This document shows positions 17,669-26,413 of a DNA stretch of 38,439 nt, in pieces. The notes beneath the pieces were generated by a model. The model ran no database searches and was not told the DNA's origin. It saw only the letters and a program-made list of their open reading frames with translations. Each line of letters begins with the position of its first letter. Positions within the stretch are counted from its first letter, which is position 1. Source of the DNA: Planctomycetota bacterium (GTDB lineage Bacteria > Planctomycetota > PLA2 > JAEUHO01); the NCBI GenBank assembly GCA_050248855.1, contig JBFWRP010000038.1:1-38439 (forward strand), given 5' to 3'. Both the position numbers and the translations under genes were made by a program.

Positions 17669-19138
17669 ATGCCGGTCGCCATCGTTGCCCGAAGCCCGCG
17701 GTCCACGGTCCTCTGCCTCGCCCTCGCCGGCCTGACGACGGCCTGCGGGAAGGCCGCGGCCCCCGCGCCCACCGGCCGGCCCCCCGCGGTGGTGTCCGTC
17801 GCGACGGCCGAGGCCGTTGACGTCCCCCTCTACATCGACGAGATCGGGCGGTGCGTCGCCACCGAGGTGGTGGCGGTCCAGCCCCGCGTCTCGGGGCAGG
17901 TCGTCGAGGTTCTCGTGAAGGACGGCCAGGACGTCGAGGAGGACGCCACGCTGTTCCGGATCGACCCGCGCCCGTACGACGCCGCCCTCGCGCAGGCGAA
18001 GGCGCGCGAGGCCGTGGCCGACGCGGCGGCGAAGGAGTCCCGCACCGCGGTCGCGACCGCCCAGGCGAGGGTGGGCTCGGCCCGGAGCCGTCTCCTCGAG
18101 ACGAAGGCGAAGATCGACGCGACGCGCGCGGGCATCGACGAGATGACGGCCGACGTGGAGGCGGCCGACGCCGAGGTCGCGCGCGCCGAGGATGATCTGG
18201 CCCGCTTCGAGAAGGTCAGCCCCGCGGGCGGCGTGTCCGGCCAGGAGCTCGACCGCGCCCGCACGGCCGCGCGCGGCGCGCGCGCCCGCGCCGCGGCGGC
18301 CCGGACCCGTCGCGTCGCGACGGAGGCCCAGGTCCGCGAGGTGGAGGCCGCCGTCGCGACGGCGCAGGACGGCATCCTCGAGGCCGAGTCCCTCGCCACC
18401 GAGGCCGCCGCGCGGGTGGTCTCGGCCGACGCGGAGGTGGAGCGCGCAAAGGCCACCGTGGCGGCGGCGCAACTTGACGTCGACTTCTGCACGGTGAAGG
18501 CCCCCATCGCGGGCCGCGCGGGCCGCCGGCTCGTGGACAAGGGCAACATCGTGGCGGCGGGCGCCGTGACGCTCATCACGCTCCAGCGCCACGACCCCCT
18601 CTACGCGGAGTTCAGCGTCACCGAGGACGACCTGACGCGGGTCCAGTCGAGGACGGGCGGACGCCCACTTACGGTGGAGGTGATCCTCCCCGACGAGGCC
18701 GGCCCGCCTCGGACGGGGCCGCTCACATTCGTCGACAACGCAGTCGACCCGGCGACGGGCACCGTGCGGCTCCGGGCGAGCCTTTCGAACCCGGACCACC
18801 GCTTCTGGCCAGGGCGGTTCGTGAAGGTGCGTCTCGTCCTCGAGACGCTGAAGGGCGCCGTGCTCGTGCCGGCCAGCGCGCCCATGGCGACCGCCCAGGG
18901 CGTGATGATGATCGTCGTGACCCCCGAGCAGAAGGCGGACATCCGCCCCGTTGCGCTCGGGCAACGACACGGCGACCGGGTCGTCGTCACGCAAGGCGTG
19001 GACGCGGGCGACCGCGTGGTCGTCGCGGGCCAACTAGGCGCCATGTCGGGCGCAACCTTGGTGATCGAGGCGCCGCCTCAGACGCCCACGGGGTCGCCCG
19101 GCGCCGCGCCACCCGGCGGCGCCGGGATGGGACGCTAG
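17669..19138 (+). CDS. RND efflux periplasmic adaptor (membrane fusion protein), lipoprotein, with extended helical hairpin
   Basis: Lipobox-like TTAC, PRVSGQV lipoyl half, LFRIDPRPY, VKAPIAG, DNAVDPATGTV, PGRFV. Confidence 0.93.
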   Translation: MPVAIVARSPRSTVLCLALAGLTTACGKAAAPAPTGRPPAVVSVATAEAVDVPLYIDEIGRCVATEVVAVQPRVSGQVVEVLVKDGQDVEEDATLFRIDPRPYDAALAQAKAREAVADAAAKESRTAVATAQARVGSARSRLLETKAKIDATRAGIDEMTADVEAADAEVARAEDDLARFEKVSPAGGVSGQELDRARTAARGARARAAAARTRRVATEAQVREVEAAVATAQDGILEAESLATEAAARVVSADAEVERAKATVAAAQLDVDFCTVKAPIAGRAGRRLVDKGNIVAAGAVTLITLQRHDPLYAEFSVTEDDLTRVQSRTGGRPLTVEVILPDEAGPPRTGPLTFVDNAVDPATGTVRLRASLSNPDHRFWPGRFVKVRLVLETLKGAVLVPASAPMATAQGVMMIVVTPEQKADIRPVALGQRHGDRVVVTQGVDAGDRVVVAGQLGAMSGATLVIEAPPQTPTGSPGAAPPGGAGMGR

Positions 19139-19141
19139 CCC

Positions 19142-22100
19142 ATGAGCATCGCCCACGCCTTCGTCCAGCGCCCCGTCATGACCACCGTGGGCACGGTCTC
19201 CGTGGTCCTGTTCGGCGTGCTCTCGTTCCTCAAGCTACCCGTCAACGACCTCCCGACGGTGGACTACCCCGTCATCCAGGTGCGCTGTGCCTACCCGGGC
19301 GCCACCCCCGAGACCGTCGCGAACACGATCGCGACGCCCCTCGAGCGTTGGTTCATGCAGATCAACGGCCTCAAGCAGGTGACGTCGAAGAGCACCCAGG
19401 GCCAGGCGTCCCTCGTCCTCGAGTTCGACCTCGACAAGAGCATCGACGCCGCGGCGACCGACGTGCAGACGGCGATCACCCAGGCCACCGCGAGCCTGCC
19501 CGCTGACCTGCCCTCGCCCCCGACCTACTCGAAGACGAACCCGAACGACCAGCCCATCCTCTTCATCGCGATGTCGAGCGACTCGCTGACGCAGGGTCGG
19601 CTCTACGACTACGCGAGCACACAGGTCGGCCAGCGCATCAGCATCCTGCCGGGCGTAAGCCGGGTGGACGTCTTCGGCACGAAGTCCGCGATCCGCATCA
19701 AGGCGGATGTTGGGCGGCTGGGCGCGCGCGGCCTCACGATGGAGGACCTGGCCGCGGCTGTCCGCGGCGGGACGGGCACCGTGGGCGCCGGGCAGCTCGA
19801 TGGCCCCGCCGGCACGCTCCTCGTCCAACCCGAGGGCCAGCTCGAGACCGCCGCCGAGTACGGCGCCCTCATCGTCGCCCGCCACGAGGGCTCGCCGATC
19901 CGCCTCCGCGACGTGGCCGACGTGGAGGAGACCGTCCAGGAGGAGCGCGCGCGCATGCGCTTCTGGGTCCGCGGCTTCGAGGCGCCGAGCGCGACGGTCG
20001 TGGTGGCCGTCAACCGCCGGGCCGGCGCCAACGCGGTGGAGGTGGCCAAGAGCGTGCGGGCGCTCCTGCCGGTCGTCAACGCCGAGCTGCCCGGATCGAT
20101 CCGCATCACCCCGATCTACGACCGGTCACGGACCATCGTGAACTCGGTGGCAGACGTCGAGGAGACCCTCCTCATCGCCTTCGTCCTCGTGGTGCTCGTG
20201 ATCTTCGTGTTCCTCGGGCGCGCGACGGACACGTTGATCCCGGCCGTAGCGCTCCCCATGTCTCTGCTGCTCACGTTCATCGCGATGCGCCTCCTGGGCT
20301 ACAGCCTCGACAACCTGTCCCTGATGGCCCTGACGCTGGCGATCGGCTTCCTAGTGGACGACGCCATCGTGTTCCTTGAGAACACCGTCCGCCGGATGGA
20401 GCACGGCGAGAGCGCGCTGATTGCGACGCTCAACGGCGCCAAGGAGATCGGCTTCACGATCGTCTCCATGACAATCTCCCTCGCCACCGTGTTCCTGCCC
20501 CTCGTGTTCATGTCGGGCCTCGTGGGACGCATCTTCCGCGAGTTCGCCGTGACCATTATGGTGTCGATCCTGGCGTCGGGCCTCGTGTCCCTGACGCTCA
20601 CGCCCCTCATGTGCTCCCGCCTGCTGAAGGCGCGCGGCCAGGGCGTGAAGTCGACGTTCATGGAGCGGGTCATGGGCGCGGCCGAGCGCCGGGTCCTCGA
20701 CATGTACGGACGCTCCCTGTGGTGGTTCCTGCGCCACAAGTGGGTCTCGCTGGGCATCTGGGCGCTCACCCTGGCCGGCACGGCCTGGCTGTTCCTGATC
20801 GTGCCCAAGGCGTTCCTGCCGGCGGGCGACAGCAGCTTCCTCCGCGGCCTCATGATCGGCCGCGAGGGCTCGTCCCCGGCGCAGATGCACCGGCTCCAGG
20901 ACCGGGCCGACCAGATCATGCGGGCCGACCCGGCCGTCCGTGCCACCTTCTCGGTGACCGGCAATTCGAGTTTCATGGCCTCCAACCAGGGCTTCCTCCT
21001 CGCCTTCCTCGAGGCCCCCGAGCAGCGCCCCCCCATCGAGGCGGTGGCCGGCCGGATGATGGGAGGCCTGGCCTCCATCCCGGGCGCCTTCTCGTTCCTA
21101 CGGGCGAACCCGGTGCTCGAAATCGCCACGGGGGCAACGGGCCAGAGCCAGGGCCAGTTCTCGTACGCGCTCTCGGGTGTCGATCCCGCGCTCGTCTACG
21201 CCACGGCGGACCGGCTGCGGGCCAGGCTCTTCGGCTACCCGGGGTTCCAGTTCCTCCTGTCGGATCGGTACACCATGACGCCGGGCGCCGAGGTCACGAT
21301 CCGCCGGGAGCGCGCCCGCCTCCTCGGCGTGTCCGAGACGCGCATCCTGTCGCTCCTGCGCACGGCCTATTCACAGAACTACGTCTACCTGATCAAGACT
21401 TCGAGCGACCAGTACCAGGTGATCCTCGAGGCCGAGGACGCGGCCCGCGCGGGCGCCGAGGACCTCGCGCTCCTGCGCGTGCGCTCCGACGACGGGAAGA
21501 GCCTGATCCCGCTCGGCGAGCTCGTGGAGTGGAAGACGACGGTGGGCGCCCAGGCCGTCAACCACCTCAATCAGTTCACGAGCGTCACGTTCTCGTTCAA
21601 TCTCGTGCCGGGCTGGCCCGTGGGCGATGCCACCGACTTCGTCGAGAAGGTCGCGTCCGAGGTGCTGCCCTCGGCCGTCCAAGGCGGCTTCGAGGGCGAG
21701 GCCCTCACCTTCCGCGACACGCTGAAGGACCTGACGCTGCTCATGCTCCTCGCGGTCTTCGTGATGTACGTGATCCTCGCGATCCTCTACGAGAGCTACG
21801 TGCACCCGCTCACCGTCCTGTCCACGCTGCCGACCGCTCTCCTGGGCGGGCTGGCGGCGCTCCAGTTGTTCGGGGAGCAGGCCTCGCTCTACGCCTTCAT
21901 CGGCATGTTCATGCTGATGGGCATCGTCAAGAAGAACGGGATCATGATCGTGGACTTCGCGCGCCAGCGCGTCGACCACGGCGAGGCCGCCGACCGCGCG
22001 ATCCACGATGCGAGCCTCGACCGGTTCCGCCCGATCCTCATGACGACGCTCGCGGCCGTCGTCGGCGCGATCCCGATCGCCCTGGGCTACGGCGCGGACG

Positions 22101-22327
22101 GCGCCTCCCGCCGGCCGCTCGGCCTCGTCATCGTGGGCGGGCTCCTGGTGTCGCAGTTCCTCACGCTGTACGTGACGCCGCCGATCTACCTGATCTTCGA
22201 GCTGTTCCAGGAGAAGGTGCTCGACCGCACCTCGTTCTTCCGCTCCTCCCGGCGCGCCCCCACCGGTCTCGCGCCGAGGAAGCGCAAGGCCGCGGTCGAC
22301 GCCGCCGCCCCGGAGCTGCCGTCATGA
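19142..22327 (+). CDS. RND efflux permease, HAE1 family (MdtB/MdtC-like)
   Basis: 1061 aa. F.QRPV.T start, GFLVDDAIV proton-relay aspartates, GIVKKNGIMIVDFA, RFRPILMTT. Confidence 0.96.
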   Translation: MSIAHAFVQRPVMTTVGTVSVVLFGVLSFLKLPVNDLPTVDYPVIQVRCAYPGATPETVANTIATPLERWFMQINGLKQVTSKSTQGQASLVLEFDLDKSIDAAATDVQTAITQATASLPADLPSPPTYSKTNPNDQPILFIAMSSDSLTQGRLYDYASTQVGQRISILPGVSRVDVFGTKSAIRIKADVGRLGARGLTMEDLAAAVRGGTGTVGAGQLDGPAGTLLVQPEGQLETAAEYGALIVARHEGSPIRLRDVADVEETVQEERARMRFWVRGFEAPSATVVVAVNRRAGANAVEVAKSVRALLPVVNAELPGSIRITPIYDRSRTIVNSVADVEETLLIAFVLVVLVIFVFLGRATDTLIPAVALPMSLLLTFIAMRLLGYSLDNLSLMALTLAIGFLVDDAIVFLENTVRRMEHGESALIATLNGAKEIGFTIVSMTISLATVFLPLVFMSGLVGRIFREFAVTIMVSILASGLVSLTLTPLMCSRLLKARGQGVKSTFMERVMGAAERRVLDMYGRSLWWFLRHKWVSLGIWALTLAGTAWLFLIVPKAFLPAGDSSFLRGLMIGREGSSPAQMHRLQDRADQIMRADPAVRATFSVTGNSSFMASNQGFLLAFLEAPEQRPPIEAVAGRMMGGLASIPGAFSFLRANPVLEIATGATGQSQGQFSYALSGVDPALVYATADRLRARLFGYPGFQFLLSDRYTMTPGAEVTIRRERARLLGVSETRILSLLRTAYSQNYVYLIKTSSDQYQVILEAEDAARAGAEDLALLRVRSDDGKSLIPLGELVEWKTTVGAQAVNHLNQFTSVTFSFNLVPGWPVGDATDFVEKVASEVLPSAVQGGFEGEALTFRDTLKDLTLLMLLAVFVMYVILAILYESYVHPLTVLSTLPTALLGGLAALQLFGEQASLYAFIGMFMLMGIVKKNGIMIVDFARQRVDHGEAADRAIHDASLDRFRPILMTTLAAVVGAIPIALGYGADGASRRPLGLVIVGGLLVSQFLTLYVTPPIYLIFELFQEKVLDRTSFFRSSRRAPTGLAPRKRKAAVDAAAPELPS

Positions 22328-23928
22328 CCTTCGCTCGGCCCTCGCGCCCCCCGACGTCCCCGGCCCCGACCGCGCGCGTCGGCGTCCTCGTCGCGGCCCT
22401 CGCCCTCGCGTGCGGCTGCCGGGCCGTCGGCCCCGACTACGTACGCCCCGCGGTCCCGGTGCCTCCGCAGTTCCGCGACGCGGCCGCTGCGGCGCCGACG
22501 GGTGCGGGGCCGTCCGGGCCGTCGCTCGCCGACCTACCGTGGTGGCAGGCCTTTCAGGATCCGGCGCTGCAGGGCCTCCTGCGCGACGGGCTCGCGGGGA
22601 ACGAGGACCTCCGCGCCGCGCTCGCCCGCGTCGCGGAGGCGCGCGCCCGGGTGGGCGTGGCCGCGTCCGAGCGGTACCCTCAGATCGACGCGGGGGTCTC
22701 GGCGACCCGCGACCGGGCCTCGCGCGACCTCTTGAGCGAGGGCAGCCGCACGACGAGCACGTACCGCGGCACGGTCTCCGCCTCGTGGGAGCTCGACCTG
22801 TGGGGTCGCGTGCGTCGCGGCGAGGAGGCGGCCCTCGCCGACTGGATGGCATCCGAGGAGGGACGGCGCAGCGTCGTCGTCACTCTCGTCGGCGACATCG
22901 CCGAGGCCTACTTCGACCTGCGCGAGCTCGACGAGGAGCTCGCGATCGCTCGCGAGACGCGGGACACGCGCGAGAAGACGCTCGAACTGTTCACCCAGCG
23001 CATCGGCGAGGGTGTGTCGAGCCGGCTCGAGACCTCACAGGCCGAGGCCGACTTCGCCTTCGCGGCGGCCACGATCCCCGACCTCGAGCGGCGCATCACC
23101 CAACAGGAGAACCTCCTCTCGTTCCTGGTGGGAAGGACGCCGGGGCCCGTCCCCCGCGGCCGCTCGCTCGGCGCCGCCGCCCTGCCCCCGGTCCTGCCGA
23201 CCGGCCTGCCCGCGACCCTCCTCGAGCGCCGTCCGGACGTCCGGGCGGCCGAGGCCGAGGTGATCGCCGCGAACGCGCGCGTGGGCGTCGCCGTCGCCGA
23301 GTTCTTCCCCCGCCTCGACCTGCTGGCCCTCGTGGGCCTCGGGACGCAGGAGCTGTCGGGGCTCTCCGCGGACGGGTCCTCCTTCGCCTCAGTCGGCGGG
23401 TCCCTCCTGGCGCCGATCTTCCAGGGAGGACGCCTCGCGGGCAATCGCGACGCGGCGCTCGCGCGGCGCGACGAGGCCGTCGCCCGCTTCCGCCGCGCCG
23501 CGCAGAACGCGTTCCGCGACGTGGCCGACCAGTTGGCCGCTGTCAAGGGCGCGCGCGACGCGCGCGTGCAGCAGGAGCGCCAGGTCGCCGCGCTCGGGCA
23601 GGCCCTCGAGCTCTCGAGCTCGCGGTTCTCCAACGGCCTCGCGGCCTACTTCGAGGTCCTCGACGCCCAGCGGACGCTCTTCCCCGCGCGACTCGCGCTC
23701 GCGCGCACGAAGCGCGACCAGTACGTGGCCCTCGTGCGGCTCTATCGCGCCCTGGGAGGCGGCTGGTGCAGCGAGTGCTTCCCCTGCGTGACGCCCCCGC
23801 CGATCCCGGACGGGACCGCCGGGTCTCCGCCTCCGGCGGGCGCGGCGCCTCCGCCCCCGGCGCCCCCTTCCTCGCCCCCGCCCCCTGCGCGGGCTACGCG
23901 CGGCCCGGACGCTCCGCCCGCCCGGTGA
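22324..23928 (+). CDS. Outer membrane efflux factor, NodT/OprM-type lipoprotein
   Basis: ATGA overlap with the RND stop. LACGC..GPDYVRP, WW..F.DP.L, SWELDLWGR, LLERRPDV.AAE, LYRALGGGW. Pro-rich tail. Confidence 0.93.
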   Translation: MTFARPSRPPTSPAPTARVGVLVAALALACGCRAVGPDYVRPAVPVPPQFRDAAAAAPTGAGPSGPSLADLPWWQAFQDPALQGLLRDGLAGNEDLRAALARVAEARARVGVAASERYPQIDAGVSATRDRASRDLLSEGSRTTSTYRGTVSASWELDLWGRVRRGEEAALADWMASEEGRRSVVVTLVGDIAEAYFDLRELDEELAIARETRDTREKTLELFTQRIGEGVSSRLETSQAEADFAFAAATIPDLERRITQQENLLSFLVGRTPGPVPRGRSLGAAALPPVLPTGLPATLLERRPDVRAAEAEVIAANARVGVAVAEFFPRLDLLALVGLGTQELSGLSADGSSFASVGGSLLAPIFQGGRLAGNRDAALARRDEAVARFRRAAQNAFRDVADQLAAVKGARDARVQQERQVAALGQALELSSSRFSNGLAAYFEVLDAQRTLFPARLALARTKRDQYVALVRLYRALGGGWCSECFPCVTPPPIPDGTAGSPPPAGAAPPPPAPPSSPPPPARATRGPDAPPAR

Positions 23929-24076
23929 CGAGGGGTGGCCGCGGGGCACGGACATCGATCGCGGTCAGGGCGGCCCACTGGTCGTGGCGCCCCGCCCAGT
24001 CCTCGATCCGGCGGATCCGGCGCTCGGGGTCGCCGGACTCCGCGGGGGCGAAGCGGGGGCCACGGTCGTAGCTCAT
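23894..24076 (-). CDS. Small phage ORF, possibly a truncated remnant
   Basis: ATGA-coupled to the upstream lipoprotein gene. 60 aa, runs 35 bp into the convergent OMF gene. Confidence 0.35.
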   Translation of the reverse strand: MSYDRGPRFAPAESGDPERRIRRIEDWAGRHDQWAALTAIDVRAPRPPLVTGRAERPGRA

Positions 24077-24831
24077 GCTCCCTTGAGCACACCGGCCGAG
24101 CGAAGCGCAGCCTCCAGGGTGTCGAGACGGGCCGGAGCGTCCGTGAGGCGCTCCTCGGGTTCGAGGCGCCCGCCCGTGCCCACGAACGGGGCGTCGTCCT
24201 GGCGGGCGACGACCTCGCGGCTCTCGCGCTTGGCCTCCTCGAGGACGGCCTTCGCGTCGCGCTTCCGCTTCTCGTTCAGGACCAGCAGGAGCCCCGTGCT
24301 GAGCGCCCAGGAGATCAGACCCCACGGCGACGTGTCCTTCGGGCCCTCGACGTCGAGCCCCTGGCCCTCGGCATCGCGCCATGCCTGCTCGGCCTTGGCG
24401 AGCCGGTCGTTCGCGACGGTCACTCGCGCGGCGAAGTCGTCGGTCCACGCGCGCGCGCGCTCCGCACGGTCTCGAGCCTGCGTTGCTTCGGCTGCGGCCT
24501 CCGTTGCGCGACGCCGCGCGCGATCGAGGTCCTCCTGCGTGGCCTCGCCGGCGGCGACACGGCGCTCAAGGTCGGCGACGGACTCGGCAGCCGCAGCGCG
24601 CGCGGCCTCGGCCTCCGTTGCGAGGTGGGCCGCCTCCTGGGTCCGCTCCTCGGCGGCCGCGACCTCGGCCTGGGCGGCCTCGATCTGCCGGGCGACGGCG
24701 GGGTCCGGCAGCGGGACGGCGGGCTTCACCCCGACGCCGAGTTCGACCCCCTGGCAGGCGGCGAGGCCGGCCAGGAGAACGACTGCGAATCCGGCGTAGC
24801 GGGAGCCCAAGGCGGCGCGCAGCGCGCTCAC
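24073..24831 (-). CDS. Phage lipoprotein with coiled coil and C-proximal TM helix; spanin candidate
   Basis: GTGA-coupled start, VVLLAGLAAC lipobox, about 110-aa Ala/Glu/Arg helix, WGLISWALSTGLLLVL followed by KRKR. Confidence 0.65.
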   Translation of the reverse strand: MSALRAALGSRYAGFAVVLLAGLAACQGVELGVGVKPAVPLPDPAVARQIEAAQAEVAAAEERTQEAAHLATEAEAARAAAAESVADLERRVAAGEATQEDLDRARRRATEAAAEATQARDRAERARAWTDDFAARVTVANDRLAKAEQAWRDAEGQGLDVEGPKDTSPWGLISWALSTGLLLVLNEKRKRDAKAVLEEAKRESREVVARQDDAPFVGTGGRLEPEERLTDAPARLDTLEAALRSAGVLKGA

Positions 24832-25169
24832 GGCTGCCCCCCGTCGCCCAGCGCGGGCGCCTCGGGCGCGGCCGGCGGGACGGCGGGGACATCCCCGAAC
24901 TGGCACGCCCCGCCCACGCAGGGCGCGTCCTGAGCGCCCTGAGGCTTCCCGGCGTGGGCGGGCTCGGCCGCCTTGCCAGTGCGGAGCCCGTACCGGCCCA
25001 GATCGAACCGGGCGGCACAGCCGACGCCGTCCTCGGGGCCGGCAAAGACGCGGGCGCCGCCACCGACACTGGGCTGCAGGTCGAGGGCGCTCGACGGGCC
25101 GGGGCCGGACTGACAGGCAGAGAGAAGAACGAGTGCGCAGAGCGCGAGAAGGGAAACCAGCAGGCGCAT
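24828..25169 (-). CDS. Small Pro-rich phage lipoprotein (o-spanin-like)
   Basis: GGAGG RBS, MRLLVSLLALCALVLLSAC lipobox, extra Cys residues (CVGGAC), Pro-rich C-terminus. Confidence 0.65.
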   Translation of the reverse strand: MRLLVSLLALCALVLLSACQSGPGPSSALDLQPSVGGGARVFAGPEDGVGCAARFDLGRYGLRTGKAAEPAHAGKPQGAQDAPCVGGACQFGDVPAVPPAAPEAPALGDGGQP

Positions 25170-25253
25170 GGCGAAGCCTCCGTGAGGGGCTGCGCGCCGC
25201 TGGAGTGGCGCTCTTGGGTGTGCGGGCCAGGATACCACCCGGGGGCCCCGCGG

Positions 25254-25850
25254 TCAGTCCCGCAGAACCTCCTCGAGGGCGAACTCGTAGCGGCCAAAGC
25301 GCTTCGTGACGCCCTGGTACGTGGGCGGATCGGACAGGCGTACGAGGCGCAGGCCTCGGTAGGTCGCGGCGACGGCAGCAGCCGGCGCGGGCGGCGCGGC
25401 GAACGTCACCGTCCGCGCCGTTGTGTCCACACTCGCCACCGCGGCGGGCACGCCGGCGACGTAGCCCACGACCGAACCCTGCTTCGGATACCAGCGGAAG
25501 TCTGGGCTCGCCTCGGCCGTGGGCAGGCTGAACGTCACGCGCGCGCCGTCGCCAGTGGAAGGCTCCAGCGCCACGAGCTCGCGCAGCGGGTCACGGGGGT
25601 CCTCGACGAGGAATGCCTCGCGCACGATGCCCCGCGCCTGCAGGAACGCCTCCCATGCGACGCGCTGCGCCTCGGTCAGGCCCGCTGGCCAGCGGTAGCG
25701 GCGCCGTGTGCAGGCGAAGATCTCGACGCGCTCCGTCTGGCCTGGAGCACTCTCGCCCAGGACCTCCACGAACGGCTCGTCGGTGAACTCGTAGTCCACC
25801 CACGGCTCGCGGCCGTCGGTCGCCCCGTCGTTGAAGACCGCGTAGGCCAC
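25254..25850 (-). CDS. DUF2460-like phage tail protein
   Basis: AFLQARG....FLVEDPRD and GDG....F.L motifs; located in the tail module. Confidence 0.6.
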   Translation of the reverse strand: MAYAVFNDGATDGREPWVDYEFTDEPFVEVLGESAPGQTERVEIFACTRRRYRWPAGLTEAQRVAWEAFLQARGIVREAFLVEDPRDPLRELVALEPSTGDGARVTFSLPTAEASPDFRWYPKQGSVVGYVAGVPAAVASVDTTARTVTFAAPPAPAAAVAATYRGLRLVRLSDPPTYQGVTKRFGRYEFALEEVLRD

Positions 25851-25854
25851 GGCG

Positions 25855-26340
25855 TCACGCGGCGATCAGGGTGATCGTGCAGGACGCCTTGAGCGCGTCG
25901 CCCGCGGTCTTGTTGATCGCGGGGAACGTCTTCCGATTGAACATGTTCCCCGCAGCCGGGTCGTCGAAGAGCCCGACCTCGGTGATGGCGCCGGTGCCGA
26001 CGCCGGCCGGGAACGTGTGGTCCACCGTGCAGACGCCGGTGCCGCCCGGCGTGTACGCCACGGCGTCGCGCGCGGCCTCGCTCCCGAGCGCCACGTCCAC
26101 CGGCGTCTCGGCGACGGCGCCCGTCCCAATGGCCACGAAGCCGAACACGGGCGCGGCCGTCGCCGGATTGAAGAGCCGGTCCTTCGCCTGCTCGAGCCCG
26201 GCGTTCACGATCAGGTTCTTGAACCGTCGTCGGCCCTTCACCGTGCCGTCGGGGCCGAGGAGCACGAGATCCCACTCGGCACGCAGGGCCATGGGCCGCT
26301 CGGTGCGGAGAGACGGAATCCAGCGGGAGGGAGAGGGCAT
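25855..26340 (-). CDS. Phage tail or fibre-associated structural protein
   Basis: AGGAGG RBS. NLIVNAG, VAIGTG, L.SE..R, ITEVGLF, RKTF..INK, a pattern common in tail-fibre N-terminal-like proteins. Confidence 0.7.
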   Translation of the reverse strand: MPSPSRWIPSLRTERPMALRAEWDLVLLGPDGTVKGRRRFKNLIVNAGLEQAKDRLFNPATAAPVFGFVAIGTGAVAETPVDVALGSEAARDAVAYTPGGTGVCTVDHTFPAGVGTGAITEVGLFDDPAAGNMFNRKTFPAINKTAGDALKASCTITLIAA

Positions 26341-26413
26341 CGAAGCCTCCTCTCGCTCGACCGGCTGGAGACGCGGGCGCGCGAAGACAGGGGAATGATA
26401 AGCGACGGGTCGG

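Noticed and set aside
20611..22323. 1105-aa ORF suggesting a fused giant OMF
   Set aside because: The upstream part is an off-frame overlap with the RND gene; the real start is ATG 22324.
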